From the NCBI GenBank assembly GCA_051294905.1, contig CM119372.1, positions 17,548,001-17,612,000 of the forward strand: 64,000 bases of DNA, read 5' to 3'. Below the pieces are notes generated by a model that was given only the letters and a program-made list of their open reading frames with translations, ran no database searches and was not told where the DNA came from. A program made the translations under genes and the position numbers. The first letter of the stretch is position 1. The number at the start of each line of letters is the position of its first letter. This DNA is from Botryllus schlosseri. Its lineage: Eukaryota. This document shows, piece by piece, positions 47,301-58,500 of the stretch.

Positions 47301-47754
47301 ACTGCCATTCGATGGGTTTTTGAAAATACAGTCTCCGTGACCATTTTGCCCCATCGGTCGAATTTTACTCGCTGAAATTAGTGCAAACATATCCCGACAC
47401 TATTTCCCACATTGTAAAATCCTAATTGGAAACATCAAGCAGTTTCGCCTGAAAACTGTTACCACTTGAGTAAATAGCACAAGTAGAAAAAACATGTTTG
47501 CCGTATACTGACCATCATATAACCTGGTATTGATTTTTTTCCGTGTCCTTGAGTACAAGCTGTCAGCCGAGTCTAGTTCGCTCACTATATACAACGTCTT
47601 TTGTACCAACAGAGACCTGTCAACAGGCCGTCACGATAACCCGGCCAAATCAAAGCTTTCCACGGAACAGTTGCAGGAGAAATTTGACGATATCAAGGCC
47701 AAAATATCCCAGCAAATGGCGGATGGCCTCCGGGATGTAGCCAGCAATTTGTGA
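35311..47754 (+). CDS. Uncharacterised secretory-pathway protein with tandem 2OG-Fe(II) dioxygenase domains, 541 aa
   Basis: Exons 35311-35409, 35613-35735, 38052-38177, 38631-38768, 39353-39551, 40041-40179, 41134-41284, 42425-42580, 44304-44490, 46030-46195, 47613-47754. All are GT-AG, phases are compatible, and the 1626-nt join is open. Signal-peptide-like start MTLRIGIVLLFLATIINEASS. C-terminal domain has RIHPD (HxD), FLLYL...FGETVF, PKYGRVVIF, EHSARP (distal His) and CRYTF (Arg). Confidence 0.88.
36780..37728. mobile_element. Second copy of the CAGTGTTGGGAT hAT-like element, inserted in a family A LINE tail
   Basis: TIR CGGTGTTGGGAT...ATCCCAACACTG with a perfect 8-bp TSD GTCGATAT. Confidence 0.9.
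42895..43278 (-). mobile_element. Full-length tRNA-derived SINE (family B) with a LINE-like tail
   Basis: Minus-strand head GGGGGAGATAGTGTAGTGG...GGTTCGTTTCC. Further copies at 28700-28836 + 33477-33672 (split), about 40350-40455 and 62600-62880. Confidence 0.8.
44841..45312 (-). mobile_element. Family A LINE 3' end with (ATG)n tail
   Basis: SIKYAGPDVWNSIPPAIRQSTSMSTFKSKYKQLLLNKY; (CAT)n at 44843-44863 on +. Confidence 0.8.
46310..47233. mobile_element. TA-flanked MITE (Tc1/mariner-like)
   Basis: 25-bp TIR GGGGAGAGGAGGCCAAGATGAGACA / TGTCTCATCTTGGCCTCCTCTCCCC with TA on both sides. Confidence 0.88.
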
Positions 47755-48240
47755 CAGTCTCTCCAATTCATCTCTTGATTCCATCAGATCGGGTAGAGTT
47801 CCGCTTTGGACATAATGCCGCGCGTGTTTGTAGTGTCGTTTTAAGACAACTCTGTCTATACGAACTTGATATTCGGATGCAAAAAAATATTTTGCTTGGG
47901 TCAATAGAAGTATGTGCTACTGTGTATCAACTTATTCCTAATTACAAGGGTATTAAACCTACCAGTATGGATTTTATGACTAGGAATGCATTTTTTATGG
48001 ATAATTTTGCCAACTCCTGACAAATCCCACTATTGCATATGCAATGCACACAAGTAAACTGTCCAACATTAGTTGATATGTCAATTTTGTATATATTGCA
48101 CCTTGCCAAGGTTTTTCACTGGAATGTTTTTGCACATTTTATCTCGATTTATCGATGCCTTCTTTTCAATCATTGTTACTATTATATGCAGAATTTTATC
48201 AGATCAATAAATTTTTCAGAAATCGATCACTCGGGTTTGT

Positions 48241-48246
48241 AATAAA
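48241..48246 (+). terminator. Probable polyadenylation signal of the dioxygenase gene
   Basis: AATAAA about 490 nt after the stop; another AATAAA lies about 35 nt upstream. Confidence 0.45.
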
Positions 48247-48704
48247 AATACTAATTCCGTATACAGATGGTACCATTGCCTTCAGCGGACACTATTGGCA
48301 TCAAAGGTGCCATATCAGGGAGAAATATAGGCCCATTTAGCTTTTGGATGATTGGTATTTAGCCCCAGCCAGAAGGAAGAGTACAACTATCGGAAATATG
48401 TTCCTGCATGTTATGTTTCTGCATTTGATTTCATGACGGCACCCAATGATTAGATGCAATATGTCAATTCATCTCATCAAATGGTAGTACACTTTATTGA
48501 TATCATGTATAACATTGTCTCGATATTGTGATCTCACACGATCAATTCATATATATATATAGGCCTATTCCATTGCACAATAACTCGAAACGGTACACAA
48601 GGACGACCAACAAAATGCATACAAATACAAGTCTCTAGCGCAATAAGCAGGAGATTCAGTAGTGAACAAACCGAAATAAACACATCAACATCGCAAGCAG
48701 GATA

Positions 48705-48995
48705 TCATCGAACAGTGTATGCTTGCAAGGACCGATTCACTCTCCACTGCCACAAGCTGAAGATGAACACGATAACATAAATCCCAGCAGCAATATAGCA
48801 GTTCTTAGCGGCGTCATCGTAATGTTGATACACGACGTCTTTGTTGGAGATATCAGTCTCGTTCAACTTTGCTATGTCCGCGTATAACGCTGGGCTTTTG
48901 ATGGTGAAGAAAACACCCATCAGACTGAGCATGATCATGGCCCATATACTGATGAGGTTGCAGCAGATTGAGCATTTAGGTCCCAGAAGTTTCAT
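48705..48995 (-). CDS. RNASEK: Ribonuclease kappa / V-ATPase subunit f, 96 aa, single coding exon
   Basis: GPK-C...ISIWAMIML.LMGVFF...S.AL..D and NCYIAAGIY...FS.WQ.R.N...Y.VR match the RNASEK pattern with two transmembrane helices. Minus-strand AATAAA at 48498-48493. Confidence 0.93.
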   Translation of the reverse strand: MKLLGPKCSICCNLISIWAMIMLSLMGVFFTIKSPALYADIAKLNETDISNKDVVYQHYDDAAKNCYIAAGIYVIVFIFSLWQWRVNRSLQAYTVR

Positions 48996-51126
48996 CGCGC
49001 AGGCGGCAGATTAGATTTGGCCCTATATAGCCTGATAATTTGGTTTACACTGTACCAAGAGTAAAACGATAATTGTTACTATACGAACCTCCCGTCTGTT
49101 GTCTGACTGTCGACAGTAGGCAGAGGATGGTAACAAATGGTAGGCATGAAGGCATGGACACTGGACAGCAGTCACTACTTGATTGGCAATGATAACCGTG
49201 GATATTTTACAGCGTTTGCCTGGAACCTTGATACGTGACCTCCATTGGTTGACCTACTATCTGGTCAGGACCAGAGGCTATACACTCCCCTGAGCCAGGC
49301 ACTAGGAGAGGCGATCAGGACAAGATTGTTCGCCAAGTCTTGCTGGCGCTAAACGTGAACATGTGATATTATTCGAAAATTTGAAATAGGCTATGTATGT
49401 GCTATTCTGCGAAAGGTTAACGATGAGAAACTAGATTCATCATAAAAACTTAATTACATTATCCATCACAGGACGAAATATGTTTTGTTCAACGTAACTC
49501 GAACCTCAACTCAAATTCAAAAGCACACAACGATACGGGGCAGGTGACTATCTTTCTTAACGTATCGATACAACAGTTACAGTATACTGGGCAAACAAAC
49601 TATTTTGTTAAAAGAGGGTGGCCATTTATTTGTGAAAAATTAAGATCGTTCATCCACAATAAATTCAGATGTGTCACTATTTTGAAATGGTATCCTGACT
49701 CAGTGGGTCTTCAACTTTTTCGGCCCCTACATCCCTTGACACATTCCAGAAAACAATTAGAAAATATATATATGAGCTATGGTAGCCTATATTTCTCATG
49801 ACAGACCTCTCCCACTCCATATGGAATATACTATGGTAAGAAGAGTGGGTGTAGTTCCTGGACAATTTTGTATCCCTTAACAGCGCACCCATTTATCATC
49901 CTTTTCCATCGATATCTTTTTAATTACCGTATTTCATTTCTTGTATAGATTATGTTATAATAACAAAATAAACTAGAGTGAAATAACCCGGATTACATCC
50001 AATCATAATCAGTTTGGGCGAAGTATGATCAAATTGTTTTGTGCATCATGAAAGCGAGTATCGATAACAACGTACAACCACATTGCATTAATAACTTGAT
50101 TGAGTGAAAATTAAAATAAATAATGTAGAAAGCTTGTTATTTAATGACTAATCGTCTCAAGACAACCCAAAGTAGTCAGTAAATCAAACTAACAACTACC
50201 AACCTTAAAATGTACTGCACCACCTCTCTCGCATCATGCGAAAGGTTGTACCAAAGGAGCCACGTTAAGACACATTTTCTCAAACTGTGTGGAGTAATTC
50301 AGGGCTTGATTGGACAGTACCGGTAGACCTACAATTTGAATGGATTTTTCATGTTTTGAATTCTTGTAGAGAATAAATGAACTATTGATCTGTAAATCAC
50401 ATTTTACAAACGCAAATACAAAAGTAATGGCCGGGTAACTTGATGTAGGCCTATAGTTTCCAGCCACCAGCGAGAACGAACCTGCAGAAAGGCATTCTGG
50501 GATTGTGTGTAGGCCGGGCAAACCGTTCCATAGGCGCAACCAATTTTTGGATTATGTGGCGAAATTCATCAACCTTGTTATTAAATCTAGGATTAGAATT
50601 TCAAAAATGGGATTCTATCCCAAGCCACTTTATCCCCTATACTTGGATGGATTTGAAGAGCGTACAATACAATATCCAATATATAGTTTTCAGAAATTGT
50701 AACGGATAACTCAACTGCAATGTATGAATACAAACACGAAAATATAAAATCCAATGGATTTTCGCGAGTTTAGGCTATACTTCGAAAGTCACGAAATTCT
50801 CACTCTGTGGAAATTCTTTCATGGTTGGGAACCGCTGTCCTAACTCGACATCAAAACAACCTCATTGTAACTGTGTAACTCAAGACCGTATGATCGGTTG
50901 CAAAATCGCGCTTTGGAAATATATAGTCACCATCTCAATACAGACGATATGGAAAACGGTCTCTAATGGCATGAAAATGAGCCAACAGCAACGTGCGACA
51001 TCAAGTGATGAACCTCTCAGGTCTTGTGATTGTCAAATCTCAATCACCAAATCGATCGATTCCCAGTGAAGTCACTAGTGGGCGATTGTATTGGTGCCCT
51101 GTCATAGCTATGGTCATGGTATAGAT

Positions 51127-52846
51127 CAGAGGTCTCAAACACGCGGCCCGCGAGAGCATTTTGTGCGGCCCGCGACGGCATCTTGGAATTTCAAGTATTC
51201 GACAATATATTCCAGTGGCACATATCTTTTAAAGATGTAAGAACTTGATGTTCAACCTAAAACTGCTATAAAAACACTGAAATCTCAACAAACTACGTTA
51301 TCACATCACTTTTAAAAGCTACCATGCGGTAGAAGATCAGCTATTATGTCACATTTTTAGTTCATGAGGATAAAGCATGACCCGTTGATGATTCATGACT
51401 GAAAATATTGTGATTTGGTTTTGTGCGATCTTTCGTAAAATTACTCGATTTCGGATTGACTGGGTGACTAAATCAAAATGACTCGAGTAGAGTCGAGTCA
51501 AACGTTAAAATTGGAGAAGGACTTGCGACGTGGAACGGTGACTTGGCAATCCTACGGACGTAACAATCTATGAAATTCTCATGGGGAATAGTAATATATC
51601 AAAATGTGGTAGCTTGAGTTGCGCGGGGTATGTATAGCTATCTAATCAGGTCAGTATGGCAACCATTGGCATTATGTGACCCCCTTGACGTATAGTTCGT
51701 TACATGCTAGGTGTTGTCTGATCTCTTTGTTATTATCGATGACGAGTAAGGTAGTAGTACGCTCTACAGCTGTAACACCAATTAATATATCGGTGATTGG
51801 ACATTTCTATTCTTAACCTGGGTCCGTAGGCTACACCCCTTCGGGGTACGGAGCACCACATCATGGCGTACGAGATGCATTGTGGAATTAGGCCAACATG
51901 CTGGGGAATATTTTCTTGACCAATTTACTCAACTAGAAAATGGCCATCGCGCTACGCGCGAGTTTACGAGTATGGGCTTTCTAATTTTAATATAGGACTA
52001 TAGGTACAATCAGAAATTGTGTTGAAAATGAACAGGGGCTACGAGATATCTTATTGGAAGCACGAGGGGTACGATCTCTAAGGTTGATAAACAATGCTAT
52101 TACTATGGCTCAATAATGATTATATTCAAGTTATTTTCGATATGTTCCAATAATAATCGAATGCGAAATCTGACGCTGATTTAATTTGACTTATTTGGTA
52201 ATGACATAGTAACAAAAGCCTACTTATCACGACTATATCATAACCCGGATTAGGCTACAACGCTCAAATATCAGATCAATCTTCAGTAGATTTTAAAATA
52301 TTCTACATAAATTGTGGCACGTCATAGGTCCACTATAGCTGCAATATTATAACCCGACAGTTTGACGATGTCATGATCAGTGCTCCCTCTAATTTTTGAT
52401 GCATCAGCCCAGACTCACCAAATCACTGCGCAGACCCTTGGACAACAGTGCATGACGAAAAAAAGGTCAGCACTTCAGATTTTTTGTGCGCAACTTGGAT
52501 TTTCTGTGCGCGGAGACCTTGTCTGCGCTGCGCATTTGCACACGTGCGCAGCTCAGAGGCAGCATTGGTCATGATGCATCCTCTCGCATGATGTCTATAA
52601 CTCATTATTTGAACAAATAATGCCCGGCATAAAATCAATTTTATTCAAATATTTGAAAATATGATTTTTTCCGTGTCAAGCGCGAATAGTACAATGATGT
52701 TTCTGGAATGCCTGTCCTCAGGCTCCCGTCAGAAAAGGCCTACTTGGAAAGTCTGGTTTGAATATCCCTATTATTGGTGGTGCGGCCCGCGGCGTCATCA
52801 AAACTAAGAAATTGGCCCGCGAACACATTTGAGTTTAAGACCTCTG
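51127..52846. mobile_element. hAT non-autonomous element with nested insertions
   Basis: TIR CAGAGGTCTCAAAC...GTTTAAGACCTCTG, GGCCCGCG subterminal motifs and a perfect TSD GTATAGAT. Confidence 0.88.
52378..52567. mobile_element. Small hAT-like MITE nested in 51127-52846
   Basis: CAGTGCTCCCTCT...AGAGGCAGCATTG with TSD GTCATGAT on both sides. Confidence 0.8.
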
Positions 52847-52998
52847 GTATAGATAATAACTAACCTAGGGATGTTAGTAATCTATAGTTAGAGCCATCGA
52901 ACTGAAACCGCTGGACGAATTCGCCAAAATCACGATCCGCTCATCACCTATTCAGTTCAGTTCAGTTCGGTTAATTAGCAATTTTTATCAGTTCAATA

Positions 52999-53996
52999 TA
53001 GGTCTAGCACTGTCTGCGTTCAGACCAAGGTGATGGAAGTATCCATCAAAAAAGAGAGCATCAAAGATTTAAATTATAAATTAAATTTCCCTTGAAAGTG
53101 CTGCTTTTGAGAATGTCCTGATGTCGGTGTCGTTCCAATTGAGGACATTGTTCATCAGCGTTGCGGAGGGTCTTCCTTTTTTCGTTCTCCTTTCATCTTC
53201 AAATGTAATTGACTTCACGACACTGTCATTAGGTGTGCAAGAAATTTAGCTTGTTGGTGATCAATGAATGCTGAGAGGTCTTCAGTGCGACAGATTCTAT
53301 GAAGATTCTGATTGCTAATTTTGAATGCGTGATCGGTTCCCCTTCGAGTGTAGCCTCCGTGTACCATTTTTCGCAAAAATTGTCTGTAGCAGACATCCAG
53401 GACGCTTCTTTGATTTTCCGAAAGAGACCATACACTGCAGCCATATGTGAGTCGACTTCGCACAAAGGCATTCAAAAATTTTATTCTTGTACCAATCCAA
53501 ATTCTGAAGTTTCGAAGCAGGTATATATAGATTTGGAAAGCTGCATGAGCCGAGCTGATCCTATTGTTGATTTCAGATATCCCCACATTCGTTTCGTTAT
53601 AGTGAATCATGCACCCAAGGTATTTGAAAACTTTCACGTTTTCAATATCATGATTATGCAGAGAGCAGATTGAAGTCGGGTAAGTCAGTTCTTCATTGTG
53701 GTTAAATATCATAGTTTTTGTTTTCGACTGATTAATTTGTAATGCAAACTCAGTAAGAGCTTCTAATAGTAGTTTTAGACCTTCCTGAAGAGAAGTTTGG
53801 TCTTTAAAAAAGAATTCCAGATCGTCCGCATAGCCTGAGCCCATGTTGATAGCGATTCCTTGGTAGTTCTTCTCCCTTTTATTTTCTTGTGCATAGTCCG
53901 GTGTGCGAAAATGATACTGGCTGAAAGCGATATCGGCTAGTTTCGATCTGTGTAGGAAAACTCTCACGGCATAGTCCATATAAAGATTGAAGTCGG
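52999..53996 (-). mobile_element. RTE-like LINE reverse transcriptase fragment (5'-truncated) inserted in a family A LINE tail
   Basis: FNLYMD...GYADD...LQINQSKTKTM...IENVKVFKYLG...EINNRI...RSRLTYGCSVW. The flanks 52951-52998 and 53997-54170 rejoin into a family A tail. Confidence 0.85.
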
Positions 53997-55538
53997 CACC
54001 ACCAAAATGCGATTCAATGAAGAGACAAGAGATAGGAAGATGTTGAAACGATTTGGAGTAGTCTTTGGAATCAGGTAGCCACCTTGGCCTGGGCGATGTA
54101 AAGAGGAGGCATGCACAGCACACTGAATGAAAAGTATAAGAAGATAGTATAATAAAAAGCAAGCGACCAATTCAGTTCTTCCGTAGTTTTGTGGATCAAC
54201 ACCATGTGTTAGACTGCGACTTTTATCTTTCATTTGCTACTTGAACCGGTAATCCTGTAGCTGGCGACTGCGGCACTGATCCCGAAAGTATATCCATAGG
54301 TTATATTCGGTTCCGGGCACTGAACACCCCATCCCCAATTCACCTTCAAAGTCAGAAGTAGGGATTGCCCAATGCAGACCAAGACAGGGTTGTGGGCAAC
54401 TATTTGCCCGGCGGGCCAAATGTGAAGCAGAAAGTACGTGGGTGGGCCGAGAGAAAAGCTTAGATTATGTTTTGCGGCTTGCAGTTTTATTTCTAATTTG
54501 AAAGCAGTGGATGCGTTAAACTAGGCTGCATCCTATCTCTGTGTGGCTTGATATAATAACCCTGCCGTTTTGCTAGCTTCGCTAGCTAGCAGGTCCGCAT
54601 CAGCCGGGTGTATATATTAACTGCATGGTTTTTCTGGCAATGCCGACTCAAATTATGTTCTATATACATGGAGACGTGCTCGGCACTCGATATGAACTAA
54701 AAAAGACAGATTTACGGCTGACTTCATGAAACAAATATGTACTGTAGTGCTCCGAATCTTGTTGAAATGTCGGCCTTCAGCCACATCTTTCATTGCGTTA
54801 CACAACATCGTTTGTGAGCGAGGATGACCGCTAATCACGAGCACAAAGCCAAGGTCTGATATTAGACCATGCCAAGAAGACCACTGGTCATGGTCAGGTT
54901 TACCTGATGCTACGAAATAAGTCCATCCATTCGCTCAACACTTGGTGAGGTCAACTAGATACCATTTCAAAAATTGATATGCGTAGCATTGCGTGAATTA
55001 TAAAAACTATACTTTCAGGGTCAATCTACAGAATGTACTCTCGCGACCATTCCGAGCATCAAGGATTCAGACAATGGGGCTTAATCGTTTTCGGGTAGTC
55101 AGACTGCATTGTGATTATGCCAGTGTCTGAATTTCACAACAGATATTTCAAAATCAGGATATTCTTTCACGGCATATACCTTCTAAAACTATTACAAGAC
55201 TCAAAGGTACACCAATATCATTTATTGAATAAGATATTGTTAATTGAGAGGCTCTGTTGGCTTCAGCAGAATCGTCGTGCGATTAGTGATGGCAAGTGGC
55301 ATTCGAAGAGAAACCTCAGATCTACATGCGTGTAGAACTGTAGATTGGCACATCAGTTGATCGCATTGCGACGAGGCAATTTTCAAGAGAAAATTTCGAA
55401 CACAGAACGCCATCAGTAATCAACCGCCAAATTGTCAGTATATATCTACACAAAAATGATAAGTATATTGCATGATTAATCGTTGCATTGCGGCGCCAGT
55501 TCCCAAGTCCTTTGGATTTCCGACGAATTGATTCGCTT

Positions 55539-58500
55539 TCAGCGCGCCGTTCTCTCGTAAACAAGTGGAAAGGGCGTGTGCGGCTGCAACCTGGAATAGC
55601 GAGACATTGAAAGCAATGATCCGGAAACGAATTGTCAATCGGTTCCGGGTTGCGCGACTATGATTGCGGTACTCGGTCATCAATGTGACCAAAACAGTTT
55701 TCTTGAAGTTGTGGCACTTTCCGAAAGATGGATTGCAACATTGTTCAATGAGTCATTTATGAACGAAAAATGAATACGGATATGCAGTACCGCGTATACT
55801 GCCTCTGCAACGACTGATATGTTAACGGAGATAACCGAGTTATATACCAGGGGTGGTGTGGGTTGTGTACGTGTAACAGCTTTGTGTGTGTCTCTCTTGA
55901 AGTGGCCAGAGGTGGTCAAAGTAGTCATCGATGGTAGCCGAGTAGAAGAAACGTAAATTTATGCTCAAGCGCAAGTAGAGATACCGGGTATATTTTAGGT
56001 CCAGCTTTGCATAAAAACCGAAAACTGTTAAGAAAAAGCAATTTAAAAGACAACCAATCGACTAAGTGGTGCAAGTAGGGGGAATCTTCAACGTACTTGT
56101 GTAATCTATGTAAGTAGAACTGCTTTCTCCTTACTACATCTGGCGTTGGTACACAGAAACATAGCCTATACCACCCGCGCGATGTATCGCCATACCAATT
56201 GGTGTATTCGAATAGTTTCACCCATTGGAATGGGTGTGGAAGCAATATTTGGTACAGGAATGTGGTTTACTGGATATGCACCACGCTATGGCCAATATCG
56301 CCGAAACACACACGATTATCGTGTACAGTGTATGTTAAAAATCCTTATTCGAACACATACCAATTTCGTTGGCTCCACTCTGATTCGTGAGTCTCCGTCA
56401 CATGGAAGGTGTAGATATGTCGGGACTTGTCGGATACGTTTTTGGCGCTCATATGCTGCACCTGGGCAAGTACATATTTACATATTGATTAATATTAATG
56501 GAATCTGTATATTCGACTTCTGTACCCCAAAAATTATCTATATTTACTTCTTTACTGATCGCCTCCACATATAACGACCGATATCTCGTTAATGTGTGTA
56601 TAATATATCACGCACACAAAATATTAGTATTTTATACGGTTGCAGTATATATTATTCGCAACGCAACGCACCTTCCCATCAATAATAATCATCGATCCTT
56701 TTTTCACGGGAACGGGCACAAATTTTTCGTCACCTAACGCGTGGAACTCTCCTTCGAAGAGAAGCGTTTGCTTGGCATTCTTGTCGGGGTTTCGAACCAT
56801 TCTGTACGTCACCTCGGCTGAAAGTAGACAGCCGCGATGTAAGGGGGAACCAGAGGTGGACAAAGTACAGTCAGCGTTTCTACACCAGTGAAAGTAACGC
56901 CGAAAGTCTTTACTCAAGTACGAGTACAAGTAGCGATATCGAACTAAGTAACTACGTAAGTGTTCTGAGCCTCATTTTGCCTAAATTATTGAAAACTGTT
57001 AAGCAGACGTAGAAAATAATAATAACCAGTTGAGCAAGTAGTGAAAGTATGCAAAACCTACTTGAGAAATATTGAGAACATAGAAAAAGTAAACGAACTT
57101 CATTACTGACGATCTCCGACTGAAATACAGTTGGTGGGTATATTATCTATAGCTAATCACTGAATGAAATACGAAAGCGAACGTTTACCATCTCTGTGGG
57201 AGCCGGGAGCGAAATGCAGGCATCCGTTCTCCAGCGTCGCGTCTTCCAACGCGACCCAGAATCCAGTCAGTTTCGACGGCGTCGACTCCAAAAAGGTGGC
57301 GTCGATGTGCTTGGTAACTGTGGCGCGAAGGGTGGAGAGATTTCGCGAGGCGAGTAACATTCAAGGCGACTTACCCGTTCCTCCGATGCGAGGTTGCTGC
57401 GAAAGTACAATGCGATGAAGTTGGACTGTCGATGTCTAACGACTGATTAATCCTGCGTTTACGGCAACATATACAGCCGATTTGCAATGAACTAATTGCG
57501 GACAAAGACTATGTCTTTCCCTTCTAGAAGACTAGAGCGAACCGCATAAACAGATTACATATCAGTGATTAGCAGATGTAATCACAGATGGTCAAAGTAA
57601 CCAACGTTACTACCCAGGTAGATGTAGTACACTTCTAGCCTAGTACAAGTATTATTGGCAATTTATGAGTAAGGGTAAGTAAGTATTCTATATAGACCCA
57701 CTGACCCAGTAAAAACTGAAAACTGTTAGAAGTTTGTTTGTTTGTTTTGTGGTATTCATGGTGTTTGTCGACTACTATGGTCATTTACACCAGGCCGATA
57801 TTGTTCATTATTTTCCGTAACAGCCGACTTATAGCACGGCCCACCTCTAGGCTTTTTGTAAGACACCGCTTACGCGGATGAGGTGGCGAGGAGGAGCCTA
57901 GGCAAACCTCCAACACTTGGGTATCGGAATTCTGAAGTCGACCTCGGTCGGACTCGAACCTGCACCCATTGGTGTTAGTAGAAGTGGAAGTACTCTAAAG
58001 TCAGTGCTGGTAGGCAATATCTACTCGAGTACTCCACCTATGACAGGGGCGGGCAACATCCGGCCCGCGAAGGGATTTTGAGCGGCCCGCAGAGAGTTTC
58101 CGGTCTCACATGATAATGCAGCCTGAGGTCGGAGAAAAGTCGACAGGAAACTTTTTGTTCTGATCTACATACATTTGCGAGCAAACATTTTCGACCATGA
58201 AATTGAACAGACAAAGCTTCGTTCCAATCTAACTGATGTTCACGAGAAGTCTTTACCAAGGGTTTCTATACGTCCGACATGGCGCTAGAGTTCAAATAAC
58301 AAAATAACTTGTCGACAACTTTGATCGACCACAGATCTCATTGACTTCAAGAGCTATTGAAGTATATTACGTCAATAAATTCAGTAAATACTGTTTTTGG
58401 CCTCAATGCTTTCAACTTAAAATTCACATTACACGATTTATTCCTTGTACAGGTGGATAAATACGCGTTTAATGTATCGATTTAGGAATCCGGCCCGCCA

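Noticed and set aside
47752..47754. TGA read-through (selenocysteine) in the dioxygenase
   Set aside because: Another stop follows within eight codons and I saw no SECIS-like structure.
53215..54162. 315-aa ORF as a host gene or intact RT
   Set aside because: It is chimeric: about the first 55 codons read through a family A LINE 3' UTR, and the rest is a truncated RTE-like RT fragment.
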